Shown: positions 45,674 to 58,085 of the stretch, piece by piece | Numbering within the stretch: position 1 is the stretch's first letter | How the letters are laid out: each line of letters starts with the position of its first letter | Program-made: the position numbers and the translations under genes | Notes under the pieces: model-generated | What the model was told of the DNA's origin: nothing | Seen by the model: only the letters and a program-made list of their open reading frames with translations | Databases searched by the model: none | From: Clostridia bacterium | GTDB taxonomy: Bacteria > Bacillota > Clostridia > UMGS1883 > UMGS1540 | NCBI GenBank assembly: GCA_045533905.1 | Contig: JAZSIR010000016.1 | Location: forward strand, 1-64,000 | DNA: 64,000 bases | Direction: 5' to 3'

Positions 45674-46721
45674 TATTATCCTCCAGAAAGATGCGAAATG
45701 CCGTGGGAAGTGCAATGTCGCTTTCAAGTTTTTCTTTATCAGCCCAGACAAAGGAGTCGGGCGTATTTTTGACAGGGATGCAGTAGCAGACCATATGCCA
45801 CTCGGCGTGTGTGAATATGTGCACGCGCTCGAGAGAACGCGTAGGCGCCATAGGCGAAACACAAAATTCTTCCGCGCGGCGCACAGCCTCGTCGGCCGTA
45901 CATTTTCCTTCGATATTCGGAAGCTCCCACAATCCCTTCAGAAGGCCTTGTGCCTTGCGCTTTCGCACGGCGATTTTACCGTCCTTTATAAAAAGAAATA
46001 CTGTCTTCTCATAGATTGCCCGTGCGCGGCGCGGCGAGCGCTTCGGTAAGGCTGCGGCTGTGCCTTCTTTTTTTGCAAGACAAATGCCGGCAAGCGGGCA
46101 AAGCTCGCAGCGGGGTGCCTTTGGAATACAGACAAGGGCACCAAGCTCCATAAGGCTCTGGGTGAAATCACCGCATTGTCCCTCGGGATACACACGGGCA
46201 AGATTTGCGGAGACCTCTTTTTTGGCAGAAGGCAAATCAATGGGCGTCTCATCGTTTGTAAGGCGCGCCATCACGCGGAGTACATTTCCGTCCACCGCAG
46301 GGGTGGCCGCTTCAAAACAGATAGAGGAGACGGCACCGGCCGTATAGTCACCAACACCGGGGAGGGCGAGAATATCTGCATAGACTGCAGGGAATTTGCC
46401 GCCGTGTTTTTCCATCACGATCCTTGCCGCGTTCCTAAGATTGCGCGCACGTGTATAGTAGCCAAGTCCTTCCCAGAGCTTTAAGACGGCATCCTCCTTC
46501 GCATCGGCAAGCGCGGAGATGGTGGGAAAAGCATCTATGAATCGCAGAAAGTATCCGCGCACGGCTTCCACGCGTGTCTGCTGCAGCATAATTTCAGAAA
46601 GCCACACGTGGTACGGATTTTTGTCCTGCCGCCAGGGGAGATCCCGCGCGTTTTCCGAAAACCAGGGAAGAAGCAGCGAGGGTAGTGTATTGTAGATAGA
46701 GGAAATTTTCCGGTCTTTCAT
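45666..46721 (-). CDS. mutY: A/G-specific adenine glycosylase MutY
   Basis: RDLPWR, SEIMLQQTRV, WEGLGYY, LPGVGDYTAGA, VDGNV, Fe-S Cys cluster, C-terminal NUDIX-like domain. Confidence 0.96.
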   Translation of the reverse strand: MKDRKISSIYNTLPSLLLPWFSENARDLPWRQDKNPYHVWLSEIMLQQTRVEAVRGYFLRFIDAFPTISALADAKEDAVLKLWEGLGYYTRARNLRNAARIVMEKHGGKFPAVYADILALPGVGDYTAGAVSSICFEAATPAVDGNVLRVMARLTNDETPIDLPSAKKEVSANLARVYPEGQCGDFTQSLMELGALVCIPKAPRCELCPLAGICLAKKEGTAAALPKRSPRRARAIYEKTVFLFIKDGKIAVRKRKAQGLLKGLWELPNIEGKCTADEAVRRAEEFCVSPMAPTRSLERVHIFTHAEWHMVCYCIPVKNTPDSFVWADKEKLESDIALPTAFRIFLEDNNE

Positions 46722-46865
46722 AAGGGACTCCATATATTAAGGAAATAACACCGCGGAGGGTGCAGTTTCAGTATAGCATTTTCCACTTTCAAAGTCAAGT
46801 ATTCACCAAAATGAGGGGCGTGTCGAAAAAAATACTAAAAAATGAAAAAAATATTCTTTTTTCGC

Positions 46866-46894
46866 TTGACATCTTGCAAGAGATATGATAGAAT
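46866..46894 (+). promoter_or_regulatory. SigA promoter of rpoBC
   Basis: TTGACA-17nt-TAGAAT with extended TG. Confidence 0.8.
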
Positions 46895-47016
46895 ACTAAT
46901 CTGCATCATAAGAATGGATAAATATGCATATTTGATGCTGCTTTTGAAGGAAAACGCGGGGCCGCGCGCGGCACGCGTATACGCATATTTTGTAATTTTA
47001 AAATGAGGTGAGATTT

Positions 47017-50000
47017 ATGGTACATCCCGTGCAACTCGGCAAGAACACGCGTATGAGCTACTCCAAGATCGGTGAAGTATTGGAGATGCCAAATCTAATC
47101 GAGGTGCAAAAGAATTCTTACAAATGGTTTATTGAGGAAGGCATCCGTGAGGTTTTCCATGATGTGTCGCCTATTACGGACTATACCGGTAACCTCATTT
47201 TGGAATTTGTAGATTATTCTTTGGACGATAAGCCGAAGTACAGCATTGCGGAATGCAAGGAGCGTGACGCGAACTACGCCACCTCTCTTCGTGTAAAGGT
47301 ACGTCTCCGCAACCTCGAAACCGGCGAAATCAAAGAACAGGAAATCTTCATGGGTGATTTTCCGCTGATGACCGAGCAGGGTACGTTTATCATAAACGGT
47401 GCAGAGCGCGTTATCGTCAGCCAGCTCGTTCGCTCGCCCGGTATCTATTTTGAAGAAACTTTTGATAAGGTAGGGAAGAAGCTTCTCGCTGCCACCCTCA
47501 TCCCGAACCGCGGTGCATGGCTCGAATATGAAACAGATTCGAACGATGTACTTTGGGTACGTGTGGACAGAACACGTAAGCTTCCTATGACTGTCCTTCT
47601 CCGTTCTCTCGGACTTGTAACCGATATGGATATTACAGGTCTTTTCGGCGAGGACGAAAGAATTCTGACAACAATTGAAAAAGATGCAGCCAAAACAGAA
47701 GAGGAAGCACTTTTTGAAGTATACCGCCGTCTGCGTCCCGGTGAACCGCCTACGGTGGAAAATGCCCGCTCACTTCTGCAAATGCTGTTCTTTGACCCGC
47801 GCCGCTATGACCTCGCGCGCGTAGGCCGTTATAAGTTCAATAAGAAGCTTGCTATCTCTACCCGTATCGTAGGGCTGGAGGCAGCAGAAAATATCGTAGA
47901 CGCGGAAACCGGTGAAATTCTGGTAGCCGCCGGCGAAATTATAAAGCGCGAAGATGCAAAGGCAATCGAAAGCGCAGGCGTAAACCTCGTACACGTTGCT
48001 TTCACGGATAAGACAACGGGTGAGCGCAAAGTTATCAAGGTGTTCTCCAATAATATGGTAGACATTAATTCCTTCGTAGGCTTTGATGCCGCAGGTCTTA
48101 CCATCGGCGGTAAGGTGCGCCGCAGCGTTTTAGAAGAAATTCTTGCTGAAAATAACACGGAAGAAGATATCCGCGCTGCCATTGCACGCCGCATAGATGA
48201 ACTTTGCCCGAAGCATATCACGGAAGACGATATCTTCGCTTCCATTAACTACTGCTTAAACCTCTTTGATGGTCTCGGTAATGTAGATGATATCGACCAT
48301 CTCGGGAACCGTCGCCTCCGCGGCGTAGGTGAGCTTTTGCAGAACCAGTTCCGCATGGGTCTTGCCCGTATGGAGCGCGGCGTTCGCGAAAGAATGAGTA
48401 TTCAGGACCTCGATATCGTAACACCGCAGTCGCTCATTAACATTCGCCCGGTGGTCGCAACCATCAAGGAATTCTTCGGGTCCTCGCAGCTTTCACAGTT
48501 TATGGATCAGACGAACCCTTTAGGCGAACTTACACATAAGAGAAGACTTTCTGCTCTCGGTCCCGGCGGTTTAAGCCGTGAGCGCGCAGGCTTCCAGGTT
48601 CGTGACGTACATTACACACACTACGGCCGTATGTGCCCGATTGAAACGCCTGAAGGTCCGAACATCGGTCTTATCAACTCGCTCAGTACCTATGCAAGAG
48701 TAAACGAATACGGCTTCATTGAAGCACCGTATCGTAAAGTTATTAAAGAAGAAGGCCGTGTAACCGATGAAATTCATTATATGACGGCAGACGTCGAGGA
48801 TGATTTTATCGTAGCGCAGGCTAACGAAGAGCTCGATAAAAACGGCAAGTTCGCCCACAAAAAGGTAACGGCCCGTCACAGAGATGAATTTATGGAAGTA
48901 AGTCCCACAGAAGTGGATTATATGGACGTTTCGCCGAAGCAGGTTGTATCTGTTGCTACGACGATGATTCCCTTCCTTGAAAACGATGACGCGAACCGTG
49001 CACTTATGGGTTCGAACATGCAGAGACAGGCTGTTCCGCTTCTCAGCACCGATTCTCCCGTAGTTGGTACAGGTATGGAATACAAAGCCGCGAAGGACTC
49101 TGGTGTTGTTGTTCTTTCCCCGTGTGACGGTCTCGTAGAAAAGGTTTCGGCAAGCGAAATCGTAATCCGTGATGAAGATGGCGAACGCCATGCAATGCGT
49201 CTTTCTAAGTTTATGCGTTCGAACCAGGGCACATGCATTAACCAGCGCCCGATCGTAAGCCGCGGCGAGCTTGTGCATAAGGGCGATATCATTGCTGACG
49301 GTCCCGCAACTGCAAACGGCGAAATCGCACTTGGCCGAAACGTACTTATCGGCTTTATGACCTGGGAAGGTTATAACTACGAAGACGCTATCTTAATTAA
49401 TGAAAAGCTCGTTCGTGACGATGTATTTACATCGATTCACATCGAAGAATATGAATCCGAATCGAGAGATACAAAGCTCGGGCCGGAAGATATTACAAGA
49501 GAAATTCCGAACGTCGGCGAAGATGCGCTTAAGGACCTCGATGAACGCGGCATCATCCGCGTGGGTGCGGAGGTTCGTGCCGGTGACATTTTGGTTGGTA
49601 AGGTTACACCGAAGGGTGAAACCGAGCTGACACCGGAAGAACGTCTTCTCCGTGCAATCTTCGGCGAGAAGGCCAGAGAAGTACGTGACACATCGCTGCG
49701 TGTACCGCACGGCGAAGCCGGTATCATTGTAGACGTTAAGGTATTCACAAGAGAAAACGGCGACGAGATGCCCCCCGGAGTTAACCAGATTGTCCGCTGC
49801 TACATCGCACAGAAGCGTAAGATTTCTGTCGGTGACAAGATGGCAGGCCGTCACGGTAACAAGGGTGTTGTTTCCCGCGTACTTCCCGAAGAGGATATGC
49901 CGTTTTTGCCGGATGGCACGCCGCTCGATATCGTTCTGAATCCGCTCGGCGTTCCGTCTCGTATGAATATCGGTCAGGTTCTTGAGGTACATCTTGGTCT

Positions 50001-50763
50001 CGCGGCTAAGAAGATGGGCATCAAGATTGCCACACCGGTATTCGACGGTGCTTCGGCTGAGGATATTGCGGAAGCCCTCGAAAAGGTAGGCGCAAGACCG
50101 GACGGTAAGACGGTTCTTTACGACGGCCGCACAGGTGAGCCGTTCGATAACCCCGTAACTGTCGGTTATATGTATATGCTGAAACTGCATCACCTTGTTG
50201 ATGATAAGATTCACGCCCGTTCCACAGGTCCCTACTCGCTTGTTACACAGCAGCCTCTCGGTGGTAAAGCACAGTTTGGCGGTCAGCGTTTCGGTGAAAT
50301 GGAAGTTTGGGCCCTTGAGGCATACGGTGCAGCCTATACTCTCCAGGAAATCCTCACTGTCAAGTCCGATGACGTTGTCGGCCGCGTAAAGACATATGAG
50401 GCAGTTGTGAAGGGCGAGAACGTACCGAGCCCGGGGATCCCGGAATCCTTCAAGGTTCTTCTCAAGGAACTGCAGAGTCTTGGTATGGACGTCAAGGTGC
50501 TTAACAAAAACGGCGAAGAGGTCAACATCGGCGAATCGGCTGACGATGATATGGATGACATTATGCCTGAAGATCTCGGCCGCGGCGTAGAAGGCGAAGC
50601 CGGCGCATTTGAGCGCGCAGGCTACAGCGAAGTAGACGAGGATGACCTTCTGATGGATGCACTCGGCCTTAGCGACAATCAGCCGGTGATGGATGAGGAT
50701 GATGACCTCGACAGCTACCTCGACGCTGACATTGACGACTATGATGAGGACGATGAAGAGTAA
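47017..50763 (+). CDS. rpoB: DNA-directed RNA polymerase subunit beta
   Basis: [37 protein letters not shown]. Confidence 0.99.
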   Translation: MVHPVQLGKNTRMSYSKIGEVLEMPNLIEVQKNSYKWFIEEGIREVFHDVSPITDYTGNLILEFVDYSLDDKPKYSIAECKERDANYATSLRVKVRLRNLETGEIKEQEIFMGDFPLMTEQGTFIINGAERVIVSQLVRSPGIYFEETFDKVGKKLLAATLIPNRGAWLEYETDSNDVLWVRVDRTRKLPMTVLLRSLGLVTDMDITGLFGEDERILTTIEKDAAKTEEEALFEVYRRLRPGEPPTVENARSLLQMLFFDPRRYDLARVGRYKFNKKLAISTRIVGLEAAENIVDAETGEILVAAGEIIKREDAKAIESAGVNLVHVAFTDKTTGERKVIKVFSNNMVDINSFVGFDAAGLTIGGKVRRSVLEEILAENNTEEDIRAAIARRIDELCPKHITEDDIFASINYCLNLFDGLGNVDDIDHLGNRRLRGVGELLQNQFRMGLARMERGVRERMSIQDLDIVTPQSLINIRPVVATIKEFFGSSQLSQFMDQTNPLGELTHKRRLSALGPGGLSRERAGFQVRDVHYTHYGRMCPIETPEGPNIGLINSLSTYARVNEYGFIEAPYRKVIKEEGRVTDEIHYMTADVEDDFIVAQANEELDKNGKFAHKKVTARHRDEFMEVSPTEVDYMDVSPKQVVSVATTMIPFLENDDANRALMGSNMQRQAVPLLSTDSPVVGTGMEYKAAKDSGVVVLSPCDGLVEKVSASEIVIRDEDGERHAMRLSKFMRSNQGTCINQRPIVSRGELVHKGDIIADGPATANGEIALGRNVLIGFMTWEGYNYEDAILINEKLVRDDVFTSIHIEEYESESRDTKLGPEDITREIPNVGEDALKDLDERGIIRVGAEVRAGDILVGKVTPKGETELTPEERLLRAIFGEKAREVRDTSLRVPHGEAGIIVDVKVFTRENGDEMPPGVNQIVRCYIAQKRKISVGDKMAGRHGNKGVVSRVLPEEDMPFLPDGTPLDIVLNPLGVPSRMNIGQVLEVHLGLAAKKMGIKIATPVFDGASAEDIAEALEKVGARPDGKTVLYDGRTGEPFDNPVTVGYMYMLKLHHLVDDKIHARSTGPYSLVTQQPLGGKAQFGGQRFGEMEVWALEAYGAAYTLQEILTVKSDDVVGRVKTYEAVVKGENVPSPGIPESFKVLLKELQSLGMDVKVLNKNGEEVNIGESADDDMDDIMPEDLGRGVEGEAGAFERAGYSEVDEDDLLMDALGLSDNQPVMDEDDDLDSYLDADIDDYDEDDEE

Positions 50764-50842
50764 GGTGCTTTTTTCCTGAGAGAAAAAAGCAATTTAGGGT
50801 AGCCGTAAGGCTGCAAGAATATAGAAAGGGACGGTGCGACAA

Positions 50843-53800
50843 ATGTTGGAGTTTAATACGTTTGATGCCATACAGATTGGACTGGCTTCACCGGAAAAGA
50901 TTCGTGAATGGTCAAGAGGGGAAGTTAAGAAGCCGGAAACAATCAACTATCGCACATTAAAGCCGGAGCGGGACGGTTTGTTCTGCGAGCGCATTTTCGG
51001 GCCTACAAAGGACTGGGAGTGCCACTGCGGCAAATATAAAAGAATTCGTTTCAAGGGCATCGTTTGCGACCGCTGCGGTGTTGAAGTTACCCGCGCCAAG
51101 GTTCGCCGTGAGAGAATGGGTCACATTGAACTCGCGGCGCCGGTAAGCCATATCTGGTACTTCAAGGGAAGCCCCAGCCGTCTGGCACTTATGCTGAACA
51201 TTTCCCCGAGCGAGGTGGAAAAGGTTCTGTACTTTGCCGCGTACATCGTAATTGATCCCGGCAAGGCACACGAAATCGAAAAGACACAGATTCTTACAGA
51301 AAAAGAATACAGAGAACTGCAGGAAAAATACGGCAACGTATTCCGTGCAGCCATGGGTGCAGAAGCCATTCGTGAGCTTCTCGCTGAAATCGACCTCGAA
51401 GAGCTTGCAAAAGAACTTCGTGAAGAGGTAGAGGAGTCCCAGGGGCAGAAAAAGATTCGTCTTATCAAGCGCCTTGAGGTTGTAGAAGCCTTCCGCGCAT
51501 CCGGTAACCGTCCGGAATGGATGATTCTCGAAGCGATTCCGGTTATTCCCCCGGAAATCCGTCCGCTTGTACAGCTTGACGGTGGTCGTTTTGCTACATC
51601 TGACCTTAATGACCTTTACCGTCGCGTTATTAACAGAAATAACCGTCTGAAGAGACTTCTCGATCTGAATGCGCCTGACATTATCGTGCGCAACGAAAAG
51701 AGAATGCTGCAGGAAGCAGTAGACGCTCTGATCGATAACGGACGCCGCGGAAGACCTGTAACAGGCCCCGGCAACCGTGCCTTAAAGTCCCTTTCTGATA
51801 TGCTTAAAGGTAAGCAGGGACGCTTCCGTCAGAACCTTCTCGGTAAGCGTGTTGACTACTCCGGCCGTTCCGTTATCGTTGTAGGTCCGGAACTTAAGAT
51901 TTATCAGTGCGGTCTGCCGAAAGAAATGGCACTTGAGCTCTTCAAACCGTTTGTAATGAAGAAGCTTGTAAACGGCGGCTATGCACATAATATCAAGAGC
52001 GCAAAGCGTATGGTAGAGCGCGTCCGTCCCGAGGTCTGGGATGTTCTCGAAGAGGTAATCCGTGAGCATCCGGTACTCTTAAACCGCGCACCTACCCTGC
52101 ATAGACTCGGTATCCAGGCTTTCGAACCCGTTTTAGTAGAAGGCCGTGCCTTAAAGCTCCATCCGCTCGTATGTTCCGCGTTCAACGCTGACTTTGACGG
52201 TGACCAGATGGCTGTGCACGTACCGCTTTCTCCCGAGGCGCAGAGCGAAGCAAGATTCCTTATGCTTTCTGCAAACAACCTCTTAAAGCCGCAGGACGGT
52301 AAGCCTGTAACCACCCCGACACAGGATATGGTTTTAGGTAGCTACTACCTCACGCTCGTAAAAGAAGATGAACCGGGTGCCGGCAAGGCATTTTCGAGCT
52401 TTGAAGAAGCAAAGCTTGCATATACCAACGGCGTTATCGGTCTCCACGCTCCGATTCGTGTTATGAACGAAAAGGAAATAGGCGGTGTTAAAAAACGTGC
52501 GCTTCTCGAAACTACAGTCGGCCGCATTATCTTCAACGAAGATATTCCGCAGGATTTAGGCTTTGTAGACCGCACAATCGAAGGCAACGAACTGAAACTC
52601 GAAGTCGAGTTCTTGGCCGGCAAGAGTGCACTCGGTAAGATTATTGATAAGTGCATTAAGGTACACGGCATTACGGAAACGGCAATCCTTCTGGATAAAA
52701 TCAAGGCAATGGGATATAAATATTCCACAAGAGGCGCTATCACCATCAGCGTTTCCGATATGAAGGTACCGGAAGAGAAGAAAGACATTCTCGCAAATGC
52801 TGAAGTTGCAGTTGATAAGATTGAAGCACAGTTCCGCCGCGGTATCTTAACGGACGAAGAACGCTATGCCGGTGTTATTAAAACATGGGAAGGCGCTGTT
52901 TCCGACGTTACAGATGCACTTATGAAGGGTCTCGACAAATACAACCCGATTTATATGATGGCTGACTCCGGTGCTCGCGGTAGCATCAACCAGATTCGTC
53001 AGCTCGTCGGTATGCGCGGTCTTATGGCTGATACCCAGGGTCGTACCATTGAGGTTCCGATTCGTGCAAACTTCCGCGAAGGTCTTAACATTTTGGAATA
53101 CTTCATTTCCACACACGGTGCCCGTAAGGGTCTTGCGGATACCGCTATCCGTACGGCTGACTCCGGTTACCTTACAAGACGTCTTGTTGACGTCAGCCAG
53201 GATGTTATCATCCGTGAGGACGACTGCGGCACACACGAAGGCATCACCGTTTCTGCGATTAAGGACGGCAATGCCGTTATCGAACCGCTTTACGAAAGAC
53301 TCGTTGGCCGTGTTCCCACCAAGGACGTTACAACGCCCGACGGGAAAACAGTACTTGCAAAAGAAGGCGAACTCATTTCCGAACAGACTGCACACGCTAT
53401 CGAAGAAGCAGGCATCTTGGAAGTTGAAATCCGAAGCGTATTGCATTGCCACTCCAAAATTGGTGTCTGTGCAAAGTGCTACGGCGCAAACCTTGCAAGC
53501 GGCAGCCACGTAAATGTCGGCGAAGCTGTTGGTATCATCGCGGCGCAGTCCATCGGTGAACCGGGTACACAGCTCACAATGAGAACGTTCCACACCGGCG
53601 GTGTTGCCGGCGGCGATATTACGCAGGGTCTCCCCCGTGTAGTTGAACTTTTTGAAGCCAGAACACCGAAGGGCCTTGCAGTTCTTTCGGAAAACGGCGG
53701 TACGGTACACATCGACGAAACAAAGAAAAAGCGTGAAATCACGATTACAGACGATAAAGAAGGGGAGAGCCGCACATACCTTATCACTTACGGCTCCAAG

Positions 53801-54391
53801 CTCCGCGTTAGTGAGGGCGATGTAGTCGCTCCGGGTACGCCGCTTACGGAAGGCTCCTTGAATCCCCACGATTTGCTCCGCATAAGCGGTGCTGCTGCGG
53901 TTCAGCAGTACATCATTCAGGAAGTACAGCGCGTATACCGCCAGCAGGGTGTTGATATTTCGGATAAGCATATCGAAGTTATCGTTCGTCAGATGATGAA
54001 GAAAGTTAAAATCACAGAACCCGGCGACAGCCCCATCCTTATGGGTACGCTGGAGGACAGATTGGTTATGGAAGAAATGTGCAAGACCGCAGAAGCGGAA
54101 GGTCGCGCAGTGCCGGAGTGCGAAGATATCCTCCTCGGTATCACCAAGGCATCGCTTGCAACCGACTCGTTCCTGTCGGCCGCATCCTTCCAGGAAACCA
54201 CCCGCGTTCTCACAGATGCTGCTATCAAGGGTAAGATTGATCCGCTCCTCGGTCTCAAGGAAAATGTTATCATCGGTAAGCTGATTCCGGCCGGTACCGG
54301 TATGGAAAAGTACAGAGACATTTCCGTAGAACCGAAGGAGGAAGCACAGGCATTTGACGGATTTGATGCAAATTATCTTGACATGCGGTAA
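50843..54391 (+). CDS. rpoC: DNA-directed RNA polymerase subunit beta'
   Basis: KPETINYRT, Zn ribbon, [22 protein letters not shown]. Confidence 0.99.
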   Translation: MLEFNTFDAIQIGLASPEKIREWSRGEVKKPETINYRTLKPERDGLFCERIFGPTKDWECHCGKYKRIRFKGIVCDRCGVEVTRAKVRRERMGHIELAAPVSHIWYFKGSPSRLALMLNISPSEVEKVLYFAAYIVIDPGKAHEIEKTQILTEKEYRELQEKYGNVFRAAMGAEAIRELLAEIDLEELAKELREEVEESQGQKKIRLIKRLEVVEAFRASGNRPEWMILEAIPVIPPEIRPLVQLDGGRFATSDLNDLYRRVINRNNRLKRLLDLNAPDIIVRNEKRMLQEAVDALIDNGRRGRPVTGPGNRALKSLSDMLKGKQGRFRQNLLGKRVDYSGRSVIVVGPELKIYQCGLPKEMALELFKPFVMKKLVNGGYAHNIKSAKRMVERVRPEVWDVLEEVIREHPVLLNRAPTLHRLGIQAFEPVLVEGRALKLHPLVCSAFNADFDGDQMAVHVPLSPEAQSEARFLMLSANNLLKPQDGKPVTTPTQDMVLGSYYLTLVKEDEPGAGKAFSSFEEAKLAYTNGVIGLHAPIRVMNEKEIGGVKKRALLETTVGRIIFNEDIPQDLGFVDRTIEGNELKLEVEFLAGKSALGKIIDKCIKVHGITETAILLDKIKAMGYKYSTRGAITISVSDMKVPEEKKDILANAEVAVDKIEAQFRRGILTDEERYAGVIKTWEGAVSDVTDALMKGLDKYNPIYMMADSGARGSINQIRQLVGMRGLMADTQGRTIEVPIRANFREGLNILEYFISTHGARKGLADTAIRTADSGYLTRRLVDVSQDVIIREDDCGTHEGITVSAIKDGNAVIEPLYERLVGRVPTKDVTTPDGKTVLAKEGELISEQTAHAIEEAGILEVEIRSVLHCHSKIGVCAKCYGANLASGSHVNVGEAVGIIAAQSIGEPGTQLTMRTFHTGGVAGGDITQGLPRVVELFEARTPKGLAVLSENGGTVHIDETKKKREITITDDKEGESRTYLITYGSKLRVSEGDVVAPGTPLTEGSLNPHDLLRISGAAAVQQYIIQEVQRVYRQQGVDISDKHIEVIVRQMMKKVKITEPGDSPILMGTLEDRLVMEEMCKTAEAEGRAVPECEDILLGITKASLATDSFLSAASFQETTRVLTDAAIKGKIDPLLGLKENVIIGKLIPAGTGMEKYRDISVEPKEEAQAFDGFDANYLDMR

Positions 54392-54406
54392 ATAATGTGA
54401 TATAAT
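54378..54406 (+). promoter_or_regulatory. SigA promoter of str operon
   Basis: TTGACA-17nt-TATAAT perfect consensus; -35 lies within the last codons of rpoC. Confidence 0.88.
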
Positions 54407-54472
54407 CCACTATTGTGTGGGCAAAACCACAGTTTACCGTGCAGGTGTTTTTGACATCGGCAGAGGAGAACT

Positions 54473-54712
54473 ATGTTAGAAGAGCTGAAAACAGACAAAA
54501 AAATTGTCGGTTTCAAACAATCTTTAAAAGCGGTACGGGCCGGTGAAGTAAAAAAAGCATTTGTGTCTATGGATGCGGATGTACACGTAACAACGCCGTT
54601 CGTAAGTGCCTGTCAGGCACAGAATGTACCGCTGGAATACTGCGAAAGCTGCAAAGTCCTTGGGGATGCCTGCGGAATTGATGTGGGCGCGGCTGTGGCA
54701 GTACTTCTGTAA
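54473..54712 (+). CDS. Ribosomal L7Ae/L30e-like protein (YbxF-like)
   Basis: IVGFKQSLKA, LGDACGIDVGAA; canonical position before rpsL. Confidence 0.9.
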   Translation: MLEELKTDKKIVGFKQSLKAVRAGEVKKAFVSMDADVHVTTPFVSACQAQNVPLEYCESCKVLGDACGIDVGAAVAVLL

Positions 54713-54813
54713 TAAGTATGTACGGGCGGTAGAGGATTCTACCGCCACTACCCGTGCTATGATGCGGCAAAAAAGCCGTCTATTATAGAAATTATAGGTA
54801 AGGGGGTGCAATG

Positions 54814-55227
54814 ATGCCAACATTTAACCAGTTAGTCCGTAAGGGCAGAGAAACCAGCGTTACCAAGTCGACAGCGCCGGCACTTTTGAAGGGTTTGAAC
54901 TCTCTGAAGAAGGAACTTACCGATCAGAATTCCCCGCAGAAGCGTGGCGTATGCACAGCTGTAAAGACAATGACGCCGAAAAAGCCGAACTCCGCACTTC
55001 GTAAAATTGCAAGAGTACGTCTTTCGAACGGAATTGAAGTTACTTCTTACATTCCGGGCGAAGGTCACAACCTGCAGGAGCATAGCGTTGTTCTGATTCG
55101 CGGCGGCAGAGTTAAGGACCTCCCTGGTGTGCGTTATCACATCATCAGAGGTACTCTGGATACAGCAGGCGTTGCAAAGCGCGAGCAGTCGAGAAGTAAG
55201 TATGGCGCTAAGAGACCCAAGAAGTAA
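54814..55227 (+). CDS. rpsL: 30S ribosomal protein S12
   Basis: [32 protein letters not shown]. Confidence 0.99.
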   Translation: MPTFNQLVRKGRETSVTKSTAPALLKGLNSLKKELTDQNSPQKRGVCTAVKTMTPKKPNSALRKIARVRLSNGIEVTSYIPGEGHNLQEHSVVLIRGGRVKDLPGVRYHIIRGTLDTAGVAKREQSRSKYGAKRPKK

Positions 55228-55386
55228 TACCGCCGGAAGTGCGAAGAAAGGGACAGGATACCCTTTCGCGTGCGATGCGGTTTTTTCGGTGGCGAAAGTC
55301 ACTGTATAAATAACGCGTTGCACTGACAAAGCAAAGCTTTGAGTACCTGTGAATTCATAAATAATTTAATGAAGGAGGGAAGTAAA

Positions 55387-55857
55387 GTGCCGAGAAGAGG
55401 ATTTATTGCAAAAAGAGATGTTTTGCCGGACCCGCTTTACGGAGACAAGATCGTAACACGTCTTATCAACAACATTATGCTTGACGGTAAGAAGGGTGTT
55501 GCACAGAAGATCGTATATGATGCTTTCGATATTATTCGTGAAAAGACCGGCAAGGAGCCTGTAGAAGTTTTCTTGCAGGCTATGGAGAACATTATGCCTG
55601 TTCTGGAGGTAAAGGCACGCCGTGTTGGTGGTGCTACTTATCAGGTACCGATTGAGGTACGTCCGGAAAGACGTCAGACCCTGGGTCTGCGCTGGCTGAC
55701 AACCTACTCCCGCGCAAGAAGTGAAAGAACTATGCGCGAACGTCTTGCAAACGAAATTTTGGATGCTATCAACAATATGGGTGCCTCTGTTAAGAAGCGT
55801 GAAGATACCCACAAGATGGCAGAAGCCAACAAGGCATTCGCACATTACAGATGGTAG
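55387..55857 (+). CDS. rpsG: 30S ribosomal protein S7
   Basis: GTG start [28 protein letters not shown]. Confidence 0.99.
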   Translation: MPRRGFIAKRDVLPDPLYGDKIVTRLINNIMLDGKKGVAQKIVYDAFDIIREKTGKEPVEVFLQAMENIMPVLEVKARRVGGATYQVPIEVRPERRQTLGLRWLTTYSRARSERTMRERLANEILDAINNMGASVKKREDTHKMAEANKAFAHYRW

Positions 55858-55914
55858 GATTCACCTTACCAATCTGCTTTTTCACAAGAGATTTGACGAG
55901 AGGAGGAATATTGC

Positions 55915-57990
55915 TTGGCCAGAGAATTTTCGCTTGAAAATACAAGAAATATCGGCATCATGGCACACATTGACGCCGGTAAGACTACTACTACAGAACG
56001 TATTCTGTTCTACACAGGCCGTGTGCATAAGATAGGTGAAACCCATGAGGGTTCGGCTACTATGGACTGGATGGAACAGGAACAGGAGCGTGGTATTACC
56101 ATCACCTCCGCTGCTACAACTGCACAGTGGAAGGGCACCCGTATCAACATCATTGATACCCCGGGCCACGTTGACTTCACGGTTGAGGTTGAGCGTTCCC
56201 TTCGCGTACTGGACGGTTCTGTTACCGTATTCTGCGCTAAGGGCGGCGTTGAACCGCAGTCTGAAAACGTTTGGAGACAGGCTGATAAATACAGAGTTCC
56301 CAGAATGGCTTATGTAAATAAGATGGACATTATGGGTGCTGACTTTTACAATGTTGTCCAGATGATGAAGGACCGTCTGCAGTGTAATGCAGTTCCGATT
56401 CAGCTCCCGATTGGTGCTGAAGATACTTTCAAAGGCCTCATTGACCTCGTAGAAATGAAGGCATTTGTGTACTATGATGACCTTGGCAAGGATGAACGCA
56501 TCGAAGATATTCCTGCGGACATGGCCGAAAAGGCAGAGGAGTACCGTGCAGCTCTTATCGAAGCTGTTGCAGAACAGGACGAAGAGCTCATGATGAAGTA
56601 TCTCGAAGGCGAAGAGCTGACCGTAGATGAAATCAAAGCTACAATCAGAAAAGCTACTATCGCAAACGAAATGGTTCCCGTACTTTGCGGTACATCCTAC
56701 AGAAATAAGGGTGTACAGAACCTTTTGGACGCAGTAGTTGCTTACATGCCCGCGCCGACGGACATTCCCCCGATTCAGGGTATTGTTCCGCGCACAGAGG
56801 AAGAAACCGAACGTCGCGCAAGCGACTCGGAGCCGTTCTCTGCTTTGGCATTTAAGATTATGACTGACCCGTTTGTAGGTAAGCTTTGCTTCTTCAGAGT
56901 TTACTCCGGTACCCTCAATAAGGGCTCCGCTGTATACAACTCCACGAAGGACAAGACCGAAAGAGTTGGCCGTATTCTCCAGATGCACGCAAATGACAGA
57001 CAGGATATCGATATCGTATACTCCGGCGACATTGCCGCAGCCGTTGGTCTTAAGAACACCGGCACAGGCGACACGCTTTGTGACGAATCGAACCCCGTAA
57101 TCCTGGAATCTATGGAATTCCCGGAACCGGTTATCCGCGTTGCTATCGAGCCGAAGACAAAGGCCGGTCAGGAAAAGATGGGTATTGCGCTTGCTAAGCT
57201 TGCTGAAGAAGACCCGACATTCCGTGCATATACAGACGAAGAAACAGGCCAGACCATTATCGCCGGTATGGGCGAGCTGCATCTGGAAATCATTGTTGAC
57301 CGTCTCCTGCGCGAATTCAAGGTAGAAGCAAACGTAGGTAAGCCGCAGGTATCCTACAAAGAAGCAATCCGTAAGCCTGTTCGTGTGGACCACAAGTATG
57401 CACGTCAGTCCGGTGGTAAGGGTCAGTACGGTCACTGCGTACTGGAAATCGAGCCGATGGAAGCAGGCACCGGTTACGAATTTGTTAACAAGATTGTTGG
57501 TGGTGCAATTCCGAAGGAATACATCCCCGCTGTTGATGCCGGTATTCAGAGCGCTATGCAGAATGGTGTTCTGGCAGGCTACAACGTTGTGGACGTTCGC
57601 GTAACACTTGTTGACGGTTCTTACCACGAGGTTGACTCTTCTGAAATGGCATTTAAGATTGCCGGTTCTATGGCATTCAAAGATGGTTGCCGCAAGGGCG
57701 ATCCGGTTCTCAAAGAACCCATCATGCAGGTTGACGTTATCGTACCGGAAGAATACATGGGTGATGTTATGGGTGACCTTAACTCTCGCCGTGGTCAGAT
57801 TCAGGGTATGGAAGCAAGACCGGGTGCACAGGCCATCGCTGCATTTGTGCCGCTGAGCGAAATGTTCGGTTACGCTACCGACCTTCGTTCCAAAACACAG
57901 GGCCGCGGTCAGTACACCATGCAGCCCAGCCACTATGAAGAAGTTCCGAAGAGCATTATGGAAGCAATCATAGCCGGCAAACAGAAATAA
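55915..57990 (+). CDS. fusA: Elongation factor G
   Basis: [30 protein letters not shown]; TTG start. Confidence 0.99.
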   Translation: MAREFSLENTRNIGIMAHIDAGKTTTTERILFYTGRVHKIGETHEGSATMDWMEQEQERGITITSAATTAQWKGTRINIIDTPGHVDFTVEVERSLRVLDGSVTVFCAKGGVEPQSENVWRQADKYRVPRMAYVNKMDIMGADFYNVVQMMKDRLQCNAVPIQLPIGAEDTFKGLIDLVEMKAFVYYDDLGKDERIEDIPADMAEKAEEYRAALIEAVAEQDEELMMKYLEGEELTVDEIKATIRKATIANEMVPVLCGTSYRNKGVQNLLDAVVAYMPAPTDIPPIQGIVPRTEEETERRASDSEPFSALAFKIMTDPFVGKLCFFRVYSGTLNKGSAVYNSTKDKTERVGRILQMHANDRQDIDIVYSGDIAAAVGLKNTGTGDTLCDESNPVILESMEFPEPVIRVAIEPKTKAGQEKMGIALAKLAEEDPTFRAYTDEETGQTIIAGMGELHLEIIVDRLLREFKVEANVGKPQVSYKEAIRKPVRVDHKYARQSGGKGQYGHCVLEIEPMEAGTGYEFVNKIVGGAIPKEYIPAVDAGIQSAMQNGVLAGYNVVDVRVTLVDGSYHEVDSSEMAFKIAGSMAFKDGCRKGDPVLKEPIMQVDVIVPEEYMGDVMGDLNSRRGQIQGMEARPGAQAIAAFVPLSEMFGYATDLRSKTQGRGQYTMQPSHYEEVPKSIMEAIIAGKQK

Positions 57991-58085
57991 ATCGCAGTTT
58001 TTCTAAAAAATACTTGATTTTTTCGTGATTTTATAGTATTATAGCTATAAGCGACAAAAAAGTTAATTAAAGGAGGATTTTCCAA

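Noticed and set aside
50530-50763. Acidic low-complexity C-terminal tail of RpoB
   Set aside because: Acidic tails are common in clostridial RpoB; not novel by itself.
48470-55150. Resistance substitutions in the rpoB RRDR or rpsL
   Set aside because: [27 protein letters not shown] and RVKDLPG look wild-type.
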